DNA from: an uncultured Oscillospiraceae bacterium
GTDB lineage: Bacteria > Bacillota > Clostridia > Christensenellales > CAG-314
Length of the DNA stretch: 64,000 bases
Direction of reading: 5' to 3'
Assembly (NCBI GenBank): GCA_964483825.1
Contig: CAZADD010000002.1
Span: forward strand, 5,485 to 69,484
Shown here one piece after another: positions 59,657-64,000 of the stretch. A program made the translations under genes and the position numbers. Positions within the stretch are counted from its first letter, which is position 1; every line of letters begins with the position of its first letter. The notes beneath the pieces are model-generated. The model saw only the letters and a program-made list of their open reading frames with translations. It was not told the DNA's origin and made no database searches.

Positions 59657-60499
59657 ATGAAAGTACCTTTTTACACAGAAGATTTGAAAAACAAGGTAGT
59701 GGTGATAACGGGTGCAGGCGGCGTAATTTGCAGCGGCTTGGCGGACGCAATCGCCCAAAACGGCGCAAAAATTGCGTTGTTGGATTTGAACAAGGCTGCA
59801 GCTCAAAAGGTAGCTGACGAGCTTTGTCAAAAAGGGTACGTTGTCCGTGCTTACGAGTGTAACGTGCTAAACAAACAAAGTATCGTCGAAGCTCGCAATG
59901 CTGTAGTGCAAGAATTGGGCACGGTAGACGTGTTGATTAACGGCGCAGGGGGAAACAATGCTCGCGCAACGTGCCAAAACGAATATGCCTCCACAAGTGA
60001 TATCGAAGGAGACTTCTTTTCGTTGGATCAAAGCGGTGTGGAATTTGTGTTTGGATTGAATTTTACCGGCACGTTTTTGCCGACGCAAGTCTTTGCCAAG
60101 GATATGATTGGAAAAAGCGGTTGTTCAATATTGAACATAAGCAGTATGAATGCGTACACGCCGTTAACAAAAATTCCGGCGTATTCCGCTGCAAAAGCCG
60201 CCGTGAGTAATTTTACACAATGGTTGGCAGTACATTTTTCAAAATTGGGCATTCGTGTTAACGCTATTGCTCCGGGATTTTTTGTTTCGGCACAAAACAA
60301 GTCGTTGTTGTTCAATGCCGACGGCACACCCACACAGCGCACGGCAAAAATTCTTGCCGCAACGCCTATGGAAAGGTTTGGTGACTTTTCGGAATTGACA
60401 GGTGCAACGTTGTTGCTCATTTCTTCCAGTGCTTCATCGTTTATCACGGGAGTGGTGTTGCCTATCGACGGCGGTTTTTCGTCGTACAGCGGTGTGTGA
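59657..60499 (+). CDS. uxuB: SDR-family D-mannonate oxidoreductase
   Basis: 'VVVITGAGGVICS' Rossmann motif and catalytic 'YSAAKAAV'. Follows uxuA. ATG 59657 after AGGAAG (the ORF-track frame opens at GTG 59651). Confidence 0.75.
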   Translation: MKVPFYTEDLKNKVVVITGAGGVICSGLADAIAQNGAKIALLDLNKAAAQKVADELCQKGYVVRAYECNVLNKQSIVEARNAVVQELGTVDVLINGAGGNNARATCQNEYASTSDIEGDFFSLDQSGVEFVFGLNFTGTFLPTQVFAKDMIGKSGCSILNISSMNAYTPLTKIPAYSAAKAAVSNFTQWLAVHFSKLGIRVNAIAPGFFVSAQNKSLLFNADGTPTQRTAKILAATPMERFGDFSELTGATLLLISSSASSFITGVVLPIDGGFSSYSGV

Positions 60500-60511
60500 C
60501 GGAGGTGCAAT

Positions 60512-61093
60512 ATGCAAGATAGAGTTATTCCGGTCGTTGTCATTGGCGACTTGCAAAAAACAGAAAGTATCCTAAGCTCTTTGCGTGAAGGTGGGGTTAA
60601 CTGCGCTGAAATAACGTTCCGAACAGCTTGTGCCGCCGAAGCCATTTCTTTGGCTACGAAGCTTTTCCCCGATATGAACGTGGGTGCCGGCACCGTTGTC
60701 AACGCACAACAAGCAAAAGCTGCCGTAAAAGCCGGTGCAAAGTTTATCGTTTCGCCCGGACTTAGTATAAGCGTTGCCAAGGTGTGCCAAAAACACAACT
60801 TACCTTACTATCCGGGGTGCGTAACACCAACGGAAATTATGGCGGCATTGGAATTGGGAATTAACGTCATCAAGTTTTTCCCGGCCAACGTCTATGGCGG
60901 TTTGAAGGCGTTAAAAGCATTGTCGGGGCCCTTTCCGCAAGTGAAATTTATTCCTACGGGCGGAGTGGATTTATCCAACTTGAAGGAGTTTTTGGATTAC
61001 GACAAAATCTATGCCGTTGGCGGTTCATTCATGATGAAAGGCGACGTTATTGAAAATTGTCGTGAAATATGCAAAATTATCGATGCTGCTTAA
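60512..61093 (+). CDS. eda: 2-dehydro-3-deoxyphosphogluconate (KDPG) / 4-hydroxy-2-oxoglutarate aldolase
   Basis: 'EITFRT', 'VGAGTV', 'F.VSPG', Schiff-base 'IKFFPA', 'PTGGV'. Confidence 0.9.
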   Translation: MQDRVIPVVVIGDLQKTESILSSLREGGVNCAEITFRTACAAEAISLATKLFPDMNVGAGTVVNAQQAKAAVKAGAKFIVSPGLSISVAKVCQKHNLPYYPGCVTPTEIMAALELGINVIKFFPANVYGGLKALKALSGPFPQVKFIPTGGVDLSNLKEFLDYDKIYAVGGSFMMKGDVIENCREICKIIDAA

Positions 61094-61137
61094 TAAGCGG
61101 CATAAGCTTTGACAAATATAAATTTGGAGAGTACAAT

Positions 61138-62157
61138 ATGAAAGTAGTTACTTTTGGAGAATTGATGCTTCGTCTTGCGCCACAAGGCTATTTGCGTTTT
61201 GCTCAATCGGATTGCTTGGAAGCAACCTTTGGCGGCGCTGAAGCAAACGTGGCGGTTTCGTTGGTAAACTACGGCATGCCGGCCGCTTTTGTCAGCAAGT
61301 TGCCGCAACACGAGATTGGACAAGCTGCCGTTAACAGTTTGCGTAAATATGGTGTAGATACTAGTTTTATCGTCCGAGGCGGCGATAGAGTGGGAATTTA
61401 CTATTGTGAAAAGGGCGCAAGTCAGCGTGCAAGCAAGGTTGTATACGATCGAGCCTGTAGCGCAATTGCCACGGCAAAAAAATCCGATTTCAAATGGAAA
61501 CAAATTTTTAAGGGTGCCGATTGGTTCCACTTCACGGGAATTACCCCCGCATTGAGCGGTTCAACGGCTGCGTTAACGCTAAAAGCCGTGCAAGTGGCTA
61601 AGCAAATGGGATTGACTGTTTCTTGCGACTTGAATTTCCGCAAAAAATTGTGGAGCAAGCAACAAGCGCAAGCCACAATGAGCGAACTTTGCAAATACGT
61701 TGATTACTGCATTGCAAACGAAGAAGACGCAAAAGACGTTTTTGAAATCGAAGCGGAAAACACGGACATTACGAGCGGCAAATTAAACGAACAGGGATAC
61801 GTTTCCGTTGCCAAAAAACTTGCAGAAAAATTCAATTTTAAGGGCGTTGCAATCACTTTGAGGGAAAGTATTTCCGCAAACGATAACAATTGGTCGGCAA
61901 TGTTATTCACCGACGGTAAAGCGTATTTTAGCAAAAAGTATCCTTTGCACATTGTGGATAGAGTGGGCGGCGGCGATAGTTTTGGCGGTGGACTTATATT
62001 TGCCATTAAAAGCGGGTACGAACCTCAACGTGCAATTGAATTTGCCGTTGCGGCTAGTGCACTTAAACACACTGTGGAAGGTGATTACAACTTGGTGTCG
62101 CTTTCGGAAGTGGAAACGCTTGTGGGTGGAGATGCTAGCGGTAGAGTACAACGCTAG
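61138..62157 (+). CDS. kdgK: 2-dehydro-3-deoxygluconokinase (PfkB family)
   Basis: 'MKVVTFGELMLRL.P', 'GGAEANVA', 'DRVGGGDSFGGGLI'. ATG after GGAGA. Confidence 0.9.
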   Translation: MKVVTFGELMLRLAPQGYLRFAQSDCLEATFGGAEANVAVSLVNYGMPAAFVSKLPQHEIGQAAVNSLRKYGVDTSFIVRGGDRVGIYYCEKGASQRASKVVYDRACSAIATAKKSDFKWKQIFKGADWFHFTGITPALSGSTAALTLKAVQVAKQMGLTVSCDLNFRKKLWSKQQAQATMSELCKYVDYCIANEEDAKDVFEIEAENTDITSGKLNEQGYVSVAKKLAEKFNFKGVAITLRESISANDNNWSAMLFTDGKAYFSKKYPLHIVDRVGGGDSFGGGLIFAIKSGYEPQRAIEFAVAASALKHTVEGDYNLVSLSEVETLVGGDASGRVQR

Positions 62158-62186
62158 GACAATTTTCATTGTTTTGAGAGGTACGT

Positions 62187-63848
62187 GTGAAAAAGGAAAT
62201 ATTTAACAGCACACTGTTAAAAAGTAGGGTTAAATCCGTCAACGTCAAATGGACGGAACTTGTTTTCGGGTATTTTATCGGACCGTTAGGCGCATTGCTT
62301 GCCAGCGGTGTATTTAGTAGTGGTTTGCTTAACAACTATTATACAGACGTTTTGTTCGCAGATTTGTTAACCAATGCGGAATGGAAAATGGCCGTAACGG
62401 CATTTTTGTCGCTGTTGCCGGTGTTATCTGCCGTGTTCATTGTATTGGGCAACTTGTTTGCAGGACAATTGATTCAAAAAACAAACACCGCAGCCGGCAA
62501 AGCCCGTGTATGGATTTTGCTATCATCCGTAGTTATGTCGGCGGTAAGCATTTTGATGTTTGCATTGCCGCTTATGTTCGAACCGACGGAAAACCCCATT
62601 GCCACAATGGTTTGCACGGCTTTGGGATACAATTTGTTCTACGCAGTAGCATATCCGTTGTACTACACGGCAAACAGCTCGCTTGTGCCCGTTTCCACCA
62701 GGAACGGAAAACAGCGCAGCTTGCTTGCTTCGGCGTCTAACATGGCCATAACGGCGGCAGTGGGAGCAGGCGGAATGGTAGTGCCTGCTTTGCTGGGATT
62801 TTTGGTTAAGGAAACGGATTCATCGGCGCAGAAGCGCACTGTGTGGTTTTTCATTTTCTTGGCGATAGGTATCATTGCGTTCTTTGCAATAATCTTGCAA
62901 TATTTCTTTACTCGTGAAAGAGTAAACGAAGAAATTGTAACGTCCGACGATACAAAAAAACAAAAGGTTTCCATGAAACAACAGTTCAAGGCTGTTTCCG
63001 GGGATAAGTATTGGTGGATAATATTGTGCTTTTGTGCCTTGTTTCAATTTGCAGGCTCAATGAAGAACAACGCTCTTGCACAGTACGTCAAGACGTTGGA
63101 TTGTTCGTTTTTAAGCAGTTTGGCAGCAGACGGTGATCTTTCAAAATTGGCGATGTCGCTAATAAACATAATTGGTGCAGTGCCGATGACGTTGGCAGTT
63201 GTGGTTGTTTGGCCGCTGTCCAACAAGATAGGTAAACGTTTTGTTGTCTTTGCGGGTTTGTTGACTAACGTAGTGGGCAACGTCATTTGTGCGGTAAGCG
63301 GCACGAATTTTGTAGGTGTGGCCGTGGGGGTGTTCTTCAAAGCATTTGGCTCGGCACCGGGTTGCTACATGTTGCTTGCTATGATTTCGGATACGTTGGA
63401 TCACGCCGAGGCACGCAACGGATTCCGTTGTGACGGCCTGACAATGGGAATATATTCTTCCGTGATGATAGTAACCACGCCTTTGGCTGTAAGTTTGTTT
63501 AATGCTTTAACACAGGCCGGCACAAACAGTGCAATGTCCTCGTTTTGCTACATTTGGGTTGAATGCGTACTATACGCCGTTTGTGCGGTGTTGATGCTGT
63601 TCAACGGCGTGGAAAAGTTCTCTAAGCAAGATAGAGAAACCATTTTGAAAAACCAAAAATTGGCGGCGGAAGCAGCAGGTATTGAATGGATTGATCCGGC
63701 CGAACGTTTGCGCCTTGAACAGGAAGAAGCCGATCGCCTTGCCGAAGAAGCAAAACTTGCCGAACTTAAGGCAAAATGCAATAGAAAAGGCTTGGATTTT
63801 CAAGCCGAGTTGGAAAAACTTGAAAAACGTAAGGCAAAAAAGAAGTAA
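62187..63848 (+). CDS. GPH-family (glycoside-pentoside-hexuronide):cation symporter with a long charged C-terminal tail
   Basis: About 12 hydrophobic helices and a GPH-like N-terminus 'FGYFIGPLGA'. The C-terminal ~80 aa are K/E/A-rich ('RLRLEQEEADRLAEEAKLAELKAK...EKLEKRKAKKK'). Confidence 0.8.
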   Translation: MKKEIFNSTLLKSRVKSVNVKWTELVFGYFIGPLGALLASGVFSSGLLNNYYTDVLFADLLTNAEWKMAVTAFLSLLPVLSAVFIVLGNLFAGQLIQKTNTAAGKARVWILLSSVVMSAVSILMFALPLMFEPTENPIATMVCTALGYNLFYAVAYPLYYTANSSLVPVSTRNGKQRSLLASASNMAITAAVGAGGMVVPALLGFLVKETDSSAQKRTVWFFIFLAIGIIAFFAIILQYFFTRERVNEEIVTSDDTKKQKVSMKQQFKAVSGDKYWWIILCFCALFQFAGSMKNNALAQYVKTLDCSFLSSLAADGDLSKLAMSLINIIGAVPMTLAVVVVWPLSNKIGKRFVVFAGLLTNVVGNVICAVSGTNFVGVAVGVFFKAFGSAPGCYMLLAMISDTLDHAEARNGFRCDGLTMGIYSSVMIVTTPLAVSLFNALTQAGTNSAMSSFCYIWVECVLYAVCAVLMLFNGVEKFSKQDRETILKNQKLAAEAAGIEWIDPAERLRLEQEEADRLAEEAKLAELKAKCNRKGLDFQAELEKLEKRKAKKK

Positions 63849-63908
63849 GTTTGTTGAATTTTTGTCTAAAAAAACACCCCGATGTAAATTGGGGAAAGGA
63901 AGGTCTGT

Positions 63909-64000
63909 ATGAAAAGTCTTTCGGTGGCGATTCCTTGCTATAATTCCGCCGACTACGTCAATCACTGCGTTGACAGTTTGTTGCGCTGTGCGGAAGACGT
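63909..64000 (+). CDS. Glycosyltransferase family 2, 5' end only (runs off the window)
   Basis: 'MKSLSVAIPCYNSADYVNHCVDSLL' is the typical GT2 N-terminus. Confidence 0.6.
   Translation, partial: MKSLSVAIPCYNSADYVNHCVDSLLRCAED

Overview
This 64-kb window looks like chromosome from an endospore-forming Firmicute (Clostridia-like). Nearly every gene is on the + strand. Most of it is conserved housekeeping in classical Firmicutes synteny blocks. In order: uxaC (5' partial), an ABC exporter pair, tyrS, yigZ, a flavin reductase, pcrA-ligA, and yicC-gmk-rpoZ-coaBC-priA-def-fmt-rsmB-rlmN-rsgA-rpe. Next come a SpoVM-like micro-ORF, a YlxY-like deacetylase with an M16 peptidase, ftsK/spoIIIE, rimO-pgsA-cinA-recA, rny, spoVAC-AD-AE, yunB, T-box-pheST, a U32 peptidase, mutS2 and nifS-thiI. 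The window ends with a glucuronide/hexuronate utilisation locus (GH2 enzyme with an N-x-K motif, AraC regulator, lipoprotein phosphatase, decayed SGNH esterase, uxuA-uxuB-eda-kdgK, GPH symporter) and the start of a GT2 gene. I found no rRNA, tRNA, CRISPR array, transposase/integrase, or recognisable defence or toxin system, and I do not see a convincing novel multi-gene system. The most unusual items are: (1) a free-standing paralog of the FtsK gamma domain encoded directly behind ftsK; (2) a 31-codon SpoVM-like ORF after rpe, below the ORF-track cutoff (rpoZ is also below it); (3) an AT-rich, codon-atypical, partly decayed ~3.7-kb islet between rny and spoVAC, carrying an orphan Cys/His-rich lipoprotein, a truncated membrane ORF and a degenerate 65-nt repeat pair; (4) gene decay and structured intergenic DNA in the glucuronide locus. 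All calls come from reading translated motifs and from remembered synteny and family signatures. No searches or computations were run.
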